From: Oculina patagonica | Lineage: Eukaryota | Reading direction: 5' to 3' | DNA length: 64,000 nt | NCBI RefSeq assembly: GCF_052425735.1 | Contig: NC_135758.1 | Coordinates: 26,040,001 to 26,104,000, forward strand | Shown here: piece after piece, positions 25,417 through 37,181 of the stretch | Layout of the letters: each line of letters opens with the position of its first letter | Position numbering within the stretch: position 1 is the stretch's first letter | Made by a program: the position numbers and the translations under genes | The notes under the pieces: model-generated | Told to the model about the DNA's origin: nothing | Seen by the model: only the letters and a program-made list of their open reading frames with translations | Database searches by the model: none

Positions 25417-26139
25417 ATGGCGTTGCAACCAGCAATTTCTAGATTGAAATTGCCCCGTTCACACACGTACAGCATTTTAAAGTATCAGCATCCACCTGTT
25501 TTTAAAAAGTTTGTAGTCCATTTTGTTAAGTTCTTAAGCAGCGATGATCGAGCAGCATTTAGACACTGGTGCATAGGAATAGTTCCGGGTTCGAAGCTAG
25601 ACGCAACCGAAGCCAGCGACGGTGATATCTTCAAGTTAATCGAGTTTCTGTGCAATGCTAATGAGTTGTCCCTCACTGACATGTCACTTCTAAAAGACTT
25701 TCTGTTAAGCGTTGGTCGTCTTGACGTGTTGCAAGCGTTGGAACGAGTCGAGTTGCTTACTTCTGTTGGTGGCATTTTAGAAGATTACGTCAAAGGTTTG
25801 CGTCAAGGCACTTCTGATGTGAAATTTGCTGATAGTTATGCAAATGTCGTTGAGTTTTTGCTAAGGATCAGGGATGAAAATCAGGAACTGATCTCTCCAC
25901 TCTTGGAACAATTCTTGCAAGTTAACGATGATGGTAAAGCTCTAGCGGTTTTGGATAGCGTCATTCTGGATTCTCAACTATCATGGTCCACGGTTATATC
26001 TTCATTGGTGATTACGGGTGAGCTGTATTCTTCATTCAGTCCAGATGATTTAGCAGAGAACGGTTTTTTCGTATGTCTGTTTTCCGAGACCAAGGCCAGT
26101 GAATTTCTCACAGGATGGATCCTTGAAAACGGTGGTCTG
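25417..26139 (+). CDS. B1 DED-Bcl-2-like protein, exon 1
   Basis: DED-like region (GRLDVL), VVEFLLRIRDEN BH3-like, DSQLSWSTVISSL BH1-like, WILENGGL|gtaagt BH2. Confidence 0.9.
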
Positions 26140-27608
26140 GTAAGTAAATCGAAAGTACCGTACATAAGCATTTGATTTTAAGCGGACGCGTCTCCCGATT
26201 TATAGGACCCTCGATTTCTTCATCCCATGGATGAGTTTCACTGTGCATAACTTACGCGGTGCTCATGAACTAATGGTATGATACCAGTTAAATGAGTAAA
26301 AATGTATTAAGGATATCAAAACAAACCTCAAGATATACCTTTTATCCCACATACGAAACTTGTTTTTCCAATAGAATTTACTGATGATATTACGACAGAT
26401 TGGCAAACAGAAACAAGACTAGACTCATCTCAGTGAAGACATCGCCGGAAGCTGCAACAATTTGCATCCAAGCTTAGGAATCGATGCCTTGAATGCGCTG
26501 TTTTTAGTGAAGTCCCAATTTACGAATCAGTCATAGATAATACGTTTAAACCACTTGGTTTACAGGCCATATTATTTACTGCTTTTAGTTGGTTTTACTG
26601 AAGTGTAGACCAACTCGTCTTTTGAGCGCATCGTATTATCAGTGAAGTAAATCGCGGTATTTATAAACACGTATATTCAACAAAACTGACTCCTTTTGAA
26701 GACTCCATTACTATACTGTCTAAGAGTTTGAAATCATTCATTCTGTCATTCATTAGTCCACCCGTAAATCCCCCTTCACTATATTCAGTATGTCAGAGGC
26801 ACATACATACACTTACATTCAACTATTACTGAACATAGGCATGCTTGAATAAGCAGAAAAACAAAATCATCAACAAGTTTATGCAAATCTCAAAACAGTC
26901 TCAAAGGGCGGCCTGTAATTCTATAAAATTGTTCAAGTATAATAAACCAAACAAAAACCAGTTTCGCTATTAACTGTGCATAAAAAAATCTAAAAACTAT
27001 TTAAAAAGATGAAAAAATACTTCGCAAATATTAAGCGTTTGTGTGGAGTGCATTTTGGATGACAGAATTAAGCACTTCACTGCTTTCTTCAACTAATCCA
27101 AAAACAACATTGAAAAATTACTGTCGCTTCCAAGCCATTCAAAGATTTGTTTCTTTCTCTGGGTACTTATGTAAACCCTCGCCCAATTTCTCCCAGACTT
27201 TGTCTTGTGTAATCTCGTGCACCATGTCTTCTTGTTTTAAGGTTTCCAGCTGTAATACTTTGAATGATGGATCAATACTACCACACTTTATCAATTGATG
27301 CTAAAATAACTGATGGTATCAAACAAATTGACCAACAAATTATGGTCATATTCTTGACATAACAGGTTGTCATAACGAAAGAAAACATGTTACAAACAAC
27401 CTTAATATTATTTTCAATTGCTTAAAACTAAAAAATTCCTGTTAATAGTTTTTAAAGCATTTTCCCCATGTTTGCTTCATATATACAATGTAGCTCTCTC
27501 TATTCCTTTGTTCACTAGAATAATAACTATACTTAGTGAAAACCTGTTTGGTACTATCTTGAAAACTGTCCAAATGTCACCGTTATTTTCTTTTCTTTGC
27601 CTTAATAG

Positions 27609-27734
27609 AAAGCGTTAGACGAATTGGTTAGAAAGAAACAACAAGTTGCAAGAAGTGGTTCTGGACTGTCGTCCATTGAAGAATCTCTGAAAGAAAACAT
27701 CAAGCTGCTTGGAAATCGCGTGGACGTTCAGTGA
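27609..27734 (+). CDS. B1 exon 2 (KALDELVRKKQ...LKENIKLLGNRVDVQ*)
   Basis: Polypyrimidine tract then taatag acceptor; paralogous exon at 31891. Confidence 0.85.
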   Translation, partial: KALDELVRKKQQVARSGSGLSSIEESLKENIKLLGNRVDVQ

Positions 27735-27822
27735 TTCGAAGGTTATTTGATGCTCGTGTAATGCTGCAATTAGTTATAGCCTAACGTTTTGATATTGATT
27801 TAAAATAAGTTACCCCCTCTTC

Positions 27823-27957
27823 GACTGCCACCTTGCCGTGGTGGAGGGGCTTGTGCGTTTCTATGATCCTGAGAACTTAGCCGGCGGAGGCATCGCCTCT
27901 GGCAGGTACAACCAAGCCGGAAAGATCAATGGGGAGAAACCAGACGAAAAGGCAGTC
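27823..27957 (+). other. Structured 135-nt element resembling RTE-clade retrotransposon 5' ends, in the B1 3' region
   Basis: Closing stem GACTGCC/GGCAGTC plus internal stems; 133/135 identical to 32138-32272. Confidence 0.6.
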
Positions 27958-28304
27958 ACCAAGGTTATACTCAGTTTTTAAGAGAAGAACTGAATAAAAC
28001 AATGGATATCAATGGACTTTTATATCACTGTATCGTATCATATTGTAATTGTAATATATTGAATTATATTGTATTAGTATTGCACTGTATTGTATTATAT
28101 CGCTGTATTATTGCAACCTGCATGTAATTCTTTTAAAAAATGTAAAATAGTAATAAAAAAGGTTATTTTAATTCATCAATGCATTTGTGATCCATACCAC
28201 CACTGTACAATTTATTTAGAGAAAGGAGGGGTGAATCACCTGGTGAAGGAGCCCCCCCCCCTCTCCCCCCTCCCCCTTCATAGGTCGGCTTTGGTGTAAG
28301 ATAA

Positions 28305-28358
<54 letters not shown>

Positions 28359-29219
28359 ACTATCTACCTATCTAACTAACTACAAAAATTTAATAACAAC
28401 AAATTCAAATAACAAAAAAAAGTCTGCTTTTCATGGAGGCCGTCAGCTTTTCATGGAGTGTCGTCAGCAAAATAATCAAAACAGGGAAACGGGGGAGTCA
28501 CTTCATCTATTCTTTTTATTTGAAACATCTGCCTTTGGGCTAAATGATGAACAGCTACTATAAAAATAAATTGAAAGACAAAAAAAAAACTCCACCGTTA
28601 CCAGGGCTCCTGCCGTTACTGATCATTTCAAGACATCATAACATAAAAACATTGAAGTCTGCACAACTTATTACCCCTAACCGCCGTTTACTTACATATA
28701 ATTTCAAGACGGTTTGCATGGTTATGACCCAGGCCCAGTTGCTCAAATCACGGATAACGCAATCCACATGATAATTCGCTATCCGTGACAATTTTGATTT
28801 TTCTTGCACAGAGCTAGAAAATATTAGATTTATTAAGGTTCACCATATTGACACGTTGATGACTTTCAGAGTGCAGAATTCTATCAATGTAGAGTTTTGT
28901 ACAAATCGAATATGAAAACTATAAGAAAAGCTTGCAAAATAGGTCATCGTCTATTTTACCAATGCCGATGAATTTCAGCGAAATCTTTACCTTTTTTATT
29001 CATCAAAATTTATTTTGGCGTGTCTTTGATGTAGCTAGCGACTTTTTGACATTTTGAGCAAAATGTAATCTGCACAATACCTTCTCCACCGGTTATTTCG
29101 GCGTCAATAGTGTGAGTATCCAATGGCTTGGAGTCATTCCAGCAAAACCGTACTACTCAAACAATGAGTTTTTAAAACTTACGAGTAATTTATTGGTTTA
29201 GGGTTCTAAGTTAATTTCA

Positions 29220-29472
29220 AACACGGTAAACTTTGATTGCAGGCAAATTTTTCTTTTATCTTCTCACGTCCGTCCGAAATCATCCCAGCGTATTCTAATG
29301 AAGTTAAAATGTTTAAAAATCTATTTTCTTTCACTGGAACCAGTCCAGATCTGTGCTAGTAGAATCGAAATCCTTGTTGCTGAGCTCGATCCAAATTACG
29401 AGCTATCTGGAGTAGAACAGCAGCATAAGTCCGTGGAAGTTTATTGTCAGTGTCATCGCTGGATAGTAACAT
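29220..29472 (-). pseudogene. DED-only remnant head-to-head with B2
   Basis: MLLSSDDTDNKLPRTYAAVLLQIARNLDRAQQQGFRFY* (TAG at 29356-29358) then ...ILTSLEYAGMIS; similar to 4656-4916. Confidence 0.7.
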
Positions 29473-29747
29473 AGGGTTTCTTCCATGGCGGAAGGACCAA
29501 GTGAACTTTATACCCAAGAATCGCAAAACAAACACCCTAATTACTACCTGTCCGGAAAAAGCAACGGCTAAAAGATTCTAAATACAGGCACGCAAGGCTT
29601 ACAAAATTTATTTTTGGCTCATGAGGCAATCTCGTTCCCAGGGACCGCGATCCTTTTTGGTCGACCACCAAGAGTCGGAGCCCTCGAGCCCCTGGGGACG
29701 ATCATGATCATGCGCACTTTTTCTAGCCTCCTGCGAAGATTTTCATC

Positions 29748-30456
29748 ATGGAGTTGCGACCAGCAATTTCGAGATTGAAAGCGTCCTTTTCACCTGCGTA
29801 CTACTCGTTGAAGGGTCAGGCAGTATTTAAGCAGTTTGTAATTCATTTAGTAAGGGCATTGAGTATCGATGAGCGAGAGGCATTTAGGCACTGGTGTATA
29901 GGTATAATCCCTGAGTCGAAGTTAGATGTGAATGTAGCCCGTGATGGTGTCATGTTTAGATTAATGGAGTTTCTGTGCAATGATTGTAAATTGTCTTTTA
30001 CTGATCTTAAAAAGTTTCTATCAAGTGTAAACCGTTATGATCTGTTCGAAGCATTGGAACGAGTAGAGGTACTTAATTATATGGGTTGTATTGTAGAGGA
30101 TTATGTCAACAGTAGTTTGCGACAAGGCAATTGTAAGAAATTTGCTGATAGTTTTGAGAATATAGTAGGGTTTATGCATATGATTAGACAAGGTAATCAG
30201 GAATTGATCTCTCCACTCTTGGAACAATTCATGGAAGCTAACGAGAATGGTAAAGCCTTAGAGATTTTGGATAGCGTCATTCTGGATTCTCAACTATCAT
30301 GGTCTGTGGTTATATCTTCATTGGTGATTATGGGTGAGCTGTTTGCTTCGTTCACTCCAGATGATTTAGCAGAGAAGTGGCTATTACGTATGTCTGTTTT
30401 GCGAGACCAGGGCTAGTGAATTTCTTACAGGATGGATCCGTAAAAACGGTGGTTTA
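29748..30456 (+). pseudogene. B2 DED-Bcl-2-like, exon 1 with a +1 frameshift near 30378
   Basis: Paralog of B1; one extra base in GAGAAGTGGC shifts the frame before WIRKNGGL|gtaagt. Confidence 0.8.
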
Positions 30457-31890
30457 GTAAGTAAAGAAACACTTAATATGTATTACTTATGCAGTACGCA
30501 TGGCCTGATGCTATAATCTACCTGAAAATGAGTAAAATTTCAAAAAAGGGATGATAAAAACTGCGAACGTTACTCGTGACTCCTTAGTGATCTTACATTC
30601 CAAACTTGTTTATCTATTTCTAATTTGCTGTACGACAGATTATATGAAACTGAGAAACAATACTGAAGACTTATCTCAGTGAAAATATTGAAACAATGCG
30701 ACAATTTGCGTACAAGCTACAATCGATCCCTCATACTCAGGTACACGTAGCTATGAGGGAAGTATCAATTATACGAATCAGTAATAGACAACAACCTTAT
30801 GCTACTAGTTTCAGTATAAGCTATAATGTTTAACTTTTTAGCCGATTTTAAGGGTAGATTTGTCTTTCAAGCGTATCGAATTCAGCGTCAGTAAAGTTAG
30901 CCGGCGGTGTTTATGCATAACAAAAAACACACACACTTCTTCTCCGGCTAAAGAATTGCCATACAGACGGAACATATGCTTGCAGAAACGGGTGTGTGCG
31001 GTACAAATTGATAACGGTACTGCGCGATTTGCCTGATAAAAAGCGCAGTCGAGAGAATCAATTCATAGCCAGATAATTCAAGATGATTTTACTTTATCCA
31101 CAAATAACAAGAAGAACCATATCTGGAGTATTTGTAGCTTAAATGTAAACTCTCTCGAGAGATATGATACCAATCAGATCAGCAATAGTTTTGTAAAGCG
31201 TATATAGGCCTGAAATCGCTTAATTTCGAATGCGACGTACCATAGCTTGATTCACTACACATTAAAATCTCTGATGGCAAAATGTATATTGCCACAGTCA
31301 GTAGCTATAATCCTGAATTACGGTTCCTAGAATTGCGAACAACACGTTAAGAATCAAAGTTATCCTACACGCTACTCGACGCTTCATAAAATAGCAAAAC
31401 TTGAAAGTCAAAAGTTCGCGCTAATATTAATTAACATTAAAGTCGCATCGAGCGTTAGTTGCAATGTCCCTATTTATTATTTTTCTGCAGCAATAACTCC
31501 CATGGCCTCCCAAACTTCTGAATCCGCTACGAATTTACAGGCGTATTTCGATTTGCTACGGTCGATCTTCATGGACATTTCAATTCCTGTTCGTTCTTAG
31601 AGATATTTTTGTACCTATGCATATCAAGCTATCTGGTTCTGGTTTGTTCTGTTCTTTGAACTAAAATATTGTTCCTCAGAGTGACATCACAACTAGCTTT
31701 TTTCTAATTGCGCGATCGTTCGTGTATTCCAATGAAATAGTAAATTAAATTTACTCTGTAGAAACCATTACCTTTCCATATTCATGTGGTTTATTATTAT
31801 TATTTTAATTTTGAATAATTTCCCTATTATTCTGGATATTTTATACGTTAATTTCGTAAAAGGTACCGTTTGTTTATTTGTTGTTTATAG

Positions 31891-32028
31891 AAAGCTTTAG
31901 AAGAATTGATAAAGAAGAATCACGAAGTTGCTAGCAGTGGTTCTGCGGTGTCATCTATTGGAGAATCTTTAAAGAATAACTTCAAGCTACTTGGAAATCG
32001 AGTTGACACGGAGTTGATAAATCGTTGA
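31891..32028 (+). CDS. B2 exon 2 (KALEELIKKN...LKNNFKLLGNRVDTELINR*)
   Basis: tttatag acceptor, open frame, homologous to B1 exon 2. Confidence 0.75.
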   Translation, partial: KALEELIKKNHEVASSGSAVSSIGESLKNNFKLLGNRVDTELINR

Positions 32029-32137
32029 TTCATTCGTTGACAGTTTCGGATGATTTAATGGCTGAAGGTTTAATTTGCTGAGGTTATAAGACTTTGTATT
32101 ACGGGTGCAGTACATTATCTAGACGTCCCCTCTCGTG

Positions 32138-32272
32138 GACTGCCACCTTGCCGTGGTGGAGGGGCTTGTGCGTTTCTATGATCCTGAGAACTTAGCCGGC
32201 GGAGGCATCGCCTCTGGCAGGTACAACCAAGCCGGAAAGATCAATGGGGAGAAACCAGACAAAAGGGCAGTC
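32138..32272 (+). other. Second copy of the structured 135-nt element, in the B2 3' region
   Basis: Nearly identical to 27823-27957. Confidence 0.6.
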
Positions 32273-35200
32273 ACCATGTTTATATACAGTTATTATGACA
32301 AGAACTTATCCCTTGTGCTCGTCACAGTGGATAGCAATGGACTTATTTATTATTGTCTCATATCATATCATATTGTAATTGTAATATATTGTATAGTATT
32401 GTACTATATTGTATTCTATCGCTGTATTATTGCAACCTGCATGTAATTCTTCTAAAAAATGTCAAATAGTAATAAAACAACAGTTTATTTAAATTGTTGC
32501 ATTTGTGATCCATGCAAAGGCCCATCACGTACAATTTAGGGAAGGGAGGGATGATTAAACCTTTTTTTATTATTATTTTGGTCTCGGTTTTTCATAGATA
32601 GGTTATTGTGTTGATTGAAGTTATGATGTCTCGGGCGGGGGGATGTCTTAATGTTAATTTCCAACGTTTAACTCATCTACCCTTTCAGTTAAAATGCCGG
32701 ACTGCACAGTTTTTCTGACATGAGGAATAAATCGTGAACAACTTCTAAAAGAACAATTTAAAATACTATTTAACGCACCATTCATATGAACCACGCAAAA
32801 ATTGGCAATTTGCACCTTTTATTAGCCAACGCCATTTCCTTACAAGACAAAGCGTTTTACTAGTTTTAAACCAGGCCCCAGTTGACCATAGAAAGGATAA
32901 AGCTAACTACAGGATAAATTACTATTCAATGGATAGCGTAGCTTGTTTTGTCAACACATGTCCACTGGATAGCATTTTATTCAGTAGGTATCGTTATCCA
33001 CCCTTTGAACAACTCGGTCGGTGTTGAGGAAAGATACATGTTTTGAAATTCGGCTTGTACACAAAACTGATATTCATCAAAACTGTTAAAAAAACTGACA
33101 GTATTTGCCGAAAGATGTGTCCTCCTCTTTCAGCGTTAGGAATTCTGTAAACGAGTTTTTCTTCCAGTATCAAATATCTATGTAGAGTTTTTTTTACAAA
33201 CCGAATATCAAAATTATAAGAAAAGGTTGCTATATAGTTGACCTATATTGATCATATCGCCTACCCCAGTTATGTTACCTTAATTTAATTTTTTTCCCAC
33301 TGCTTATTTAATTTATTAAGCACAAAAATCCAGCTAAAGAGTTTCCTCTACTTATATTTTATGACTTTTAGCAAATTCTACACCTTTATTGGGTTTAACT
33401 TTCCTATAGCCTTTATTTGAAGCCTCCGGTTGTGAAAAAATTGACACCAATACTTTGATAAGCGTATCTCTGATATAGCTTGCGAGTTTTCTACATATTG
33501 AGCAAAACATTCATCCAATACGATTTTTTTTCCATCATGATAAATCATATGAAATGCTAAGCACAATACAACAAATTGATTATTATTTTCATGCGGTCGC
33601 GACCAACCGGTCACATTTTGATTTGACCGAAAATATATTTGAAATTTCACGCGGAAACAATGAAAATTTTAATGTGAGATAAACATTGCACACAAAAGTA
33701 CACTTACATCTTACAGTACGTGAACACAATTTTCTCTATTACGTTAATTATGCTGTTTCACTAGCTTATATAATTATAGAACATTACAGTCGCAACACTT
33801 AACGTGCAACCCCTTCAATTTGAAAACTGAAGTTGGCATTGCTTCAAGATTATTTCCAATGCTAATACCTTTTTAAAAGACCTTTCTTACCCCTAATGCT
33901 CTATACTAGCTTATACTGTAAATCTATGAACGAAATCTGTAGTTCATTTAATTTTCAAAACGGCTACTATCTTAAAGATATCCAGTCCTTGCCTTTAACA
34001 CTTCGAACCCTAAGTTTAAAACCTTAAGTCAGATTCAAAACTACCTAAAAATGTATCATCACATATGTGCTACACGTACTGTTTTATTTGTATCATATAT
34101 TTTTATAATATTTGAACATTTTCTAAGGAAATGCACTTAACTTTTGTTCAGTCAATACTTGTACCACTGATACCGAGATATCCTAGCACAAATTAACGAC
34201 AAAAACACACAACTCACTGCTCGCGGTTAGACGAACCGCCAATAAACGCATATGAGCCGCCATATTCGTCTTTTACAAGAGCAATTACGTCTCTGTAACA
34301 CGGGTTTACCATACTGGTAAAACTTATTAAACATACGTAATACAACGCAGTCACAAACATGCTTGTTTAGTTGCTTTCCACATAAACGTCCTCCCCCCTT
34401 TAGGAAGGCAAAATTGTGGCAAATGTACAACTGTGGTACTGACTCATCTCAAAGCACCACTGTAGTTGCTTGCAGTTCCTCGATCAACCTTATCTGGATT
34501 AGAACTGTATTTTTTGAATAAATGGTGACATTATCAGTTTTCCAAAACTGTCCCACCATATAATATTCATTAGTTATGGCACTGCATGTACCATGTACTC
34601 AATGCAGCCATTTCGCTGCGGAGTGTACACAATAACGCCTCCACCGGTTATGTCGGCGTCAAAATAGTGAGTATCCAGTGTAACTAGTACTCTAACTCAA
34701 AATTTGCAATGAAAGCATTTGCAATGGCTTGAAATACTTCAAGCAAAACCGTACCTCTTAAACTGTGAGTTTCAACTTGAACCCACGAGTAGAGGTCATT
34801 GGCGTACGGTTGTATCGTCTATTTACCTTATAGGTAAAGACATCTTCAACATTTTGTACATAAATCCTCAGTTCCTCTAAGTACTGAGTGAAACGTTAAG
34901 TAATTTCATCTAGTTCAATTGAACGCATTTAAGACTAATTTTAAAAATGTGTTTTGATTACGTGCTTTGATTAGATAAAACAAAGCTAAGAAAGCATGCT
35001 ATATTGGAGTTTAAAACATAGTGGTTATTCTAATTTACCTGAAGATAATTTTCACGCCCTTAGAAATCTATTCGCAACAAAGCAACGTATTATATCATAA
35101 TTAAGACCCTGAGAAAGACTATTTGAAAACACTCAAAAAGAAAGTATGGCTCCTAGAAATGGAGATCAGTAAAGAAAACACTTGCTTTTGGCTCATGTTT

Positions 35201-35424
35201 AGGGTTCTTTAGTGGTTCTGACTAAACTATTCACACTGTTTTTATAAGAACGTCCATCTTTAAGGCTAAAATGTTGCTTCCAAGTTGAATGTTCACAAAA
35301 GTTGGTTGCCTTGTTTCATGCTGAACATTTTGTGATTTTTGCAACCATGAGCACATTCTAAGCTAAGCATTGACGTTCTTATAAAAATAATGTTTTTATA
35401 GAAGAAAAAGGGATAATTAATTAA

Positions 35425-35565
35425 CTAATAGAAGATGGTATCCTTCAACTTCTTTACCATTCCATTTAGCTCCAGCTGCCAGGCCAAGCCAGGCTTGGAA
35501 TCCGGATCAGCATGTTGGTGGCAAAGGTGATGGTAGCGTTCCTTCACAAACTGGCAAAAATCTTC
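35425..35565 (-). CDS. A4 DED-Bcl-2-like protein, exon 2 (EDFCQFVKERY...GMVKKLKDTIFY*)
   Basis: gtatag acceptor, open frame. Confidence 0.85.
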   Translation of the reverse strand, partial: EDFCQFVKERYHHLCHQHADPDSKPGLAWQLELNGMVKKLKDTIFY

Positions 35566-35773
35566 CTATACAACAAATTAAATGGAAGCAATTGTTTACT
35601 TTTTGCAAACACAAATCATTTACTGCAATTAAAGGGGCTACGTGGGGTTGGTTTTTATATTTTGTTTTTGGGGGCACGACCCATAAAAAAATTTTTTTTT
35701 AAAATTTTAGGAGAGATTTTTTTTGTAAAAAATTTTTTTAATTTTTTTTTTTGCGCGGGGAAAATATTTTAAA

Positions 35774-35808
<35 letters not shown>

Positions 35809-36515
35809 CCCCTTAATCTAAATACTTCAAGACGCATGTATTTTTTTGTTTGTCGAATTGGTACTATTGAAAAGATCTGCCGCAACGTAGCTATTTATAA
35901 GAGGTTTAAATTTGAACGAAAAGTATCTCATCTTGACTGATTGACACTATTAAATTAAAGAAACGGCCCTAGCGACTATGCGATAATATCAACATAACTG
36001 ACAGTTTTTTTAGTGTTTAGTTACAAATACAAGAAAACATCTCGCCGCGGGGCATTTATTTAACTGAAAACAACGAAACAAGACGACGGAAACAAAACGG
36101 AAAACCGAAACGAAAACGCCGAAACGAGCGAAGCGATCAAAAAGAAACAAAATCATCGAAGACGAACCGAAATTCGTTACCATTATATTGCAAGTCTGTT
36201 GACAGTATGCTTGAACTTCGGTCATAGCTTAAATAATACTCTGGTCAACCTGAATATCGATAAGGTTAGCCGGCCTAACTTAAATAATGGCCATAAATTT
36301 CGCTTGTTTCGGTGAGCCTGTTTCGTTTCGCCCGTTTTGGGGGTTACTTTTCGGTGTTTTCGCTCGTTTTGATTGTTTCATTTCGTTGTTTCTGGGGTAA
36401 AGACATGTCTCACTTTGACCCACTTGCAATTGCCCTTTCGGTTTGTGTGATTTCGCATAGATGCTTACGAAAGCATATTGTAAATAAAAGTAAAAATTTG
36501 AATAACTCAACTCAC

Positions 36516-37181
36516 CCAGCTTCCAAGTTCGGCGAGCTTCAAGGAAAGATGATTACCTAGCTCAGTGGCCAACTTCACTGCATACTTGTAAGGCTGGTCA
36601 CGGGCTTTCATCTTGGACCCGACCAAGACAATCTCTGCAGCAATGGCGACAAGCGAGGCGAAGGTACTCCAATTCTCAGCTGCTCCGATATCGCCACCTA
36701 ACAGGGCTGTTGGCACGGCTTCCAAAATGTCGCTGGCATTCTTTCCGGACTGTAGAAGAGAGCATAACAGACCCCCAAAATCAACTCGATCTTGAGCTAG
36801 CTCCATCATTTCCGCCAAGTAATGGCCGACGCTCAAAGCTGATGGATTTAAAGACGGGCCTGAAACTTGCCTCTTCCAAGCGTAAATCGTCAGCTCTCTG
36901 GCAATCTCAAACGCAGTCAGTTTCGTCAACAGATCCTCTCTTCTGATTGCACGCATGAACACCTTTAGGTAGCTTAGATTTTCCCACGAAAGTTTCTGAA
37001 CGTCTTCCAAGTGTTCGAAAATCTGAACGCTACTGTTCGATGCCTGGGAGGAGATACTTAAATATTTTCTTGCAATGTCGTCTTTGCAGTAGAATAAAAG
37101 TTGTTTGAACTCTTCCTCCGTCAGATCATTAGCAATCTGAATCAGTACAGTTCTATAAACCTGTCTCAAGACTCCTGTCAT
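36516..37181 (-). CDS. A4 DED-Bcl-2-like protein, exon 1
   Basis: Most canonical DED in the cluster (LIQIANDLTEEEFKQLLFYC...RREDLL); ENWSTFASLVAIAAEI BH1-like; ELGSW|gtgagt. Confidence 0.9.

Noticed and set aside
27860-27957. Hammerhead ribozyme (CTGAGA...GAAA)
   Set aside because: I could not build the three stems around a CUGANGA/GAAA/UH core, and the second copy lacks the GAAA at that position
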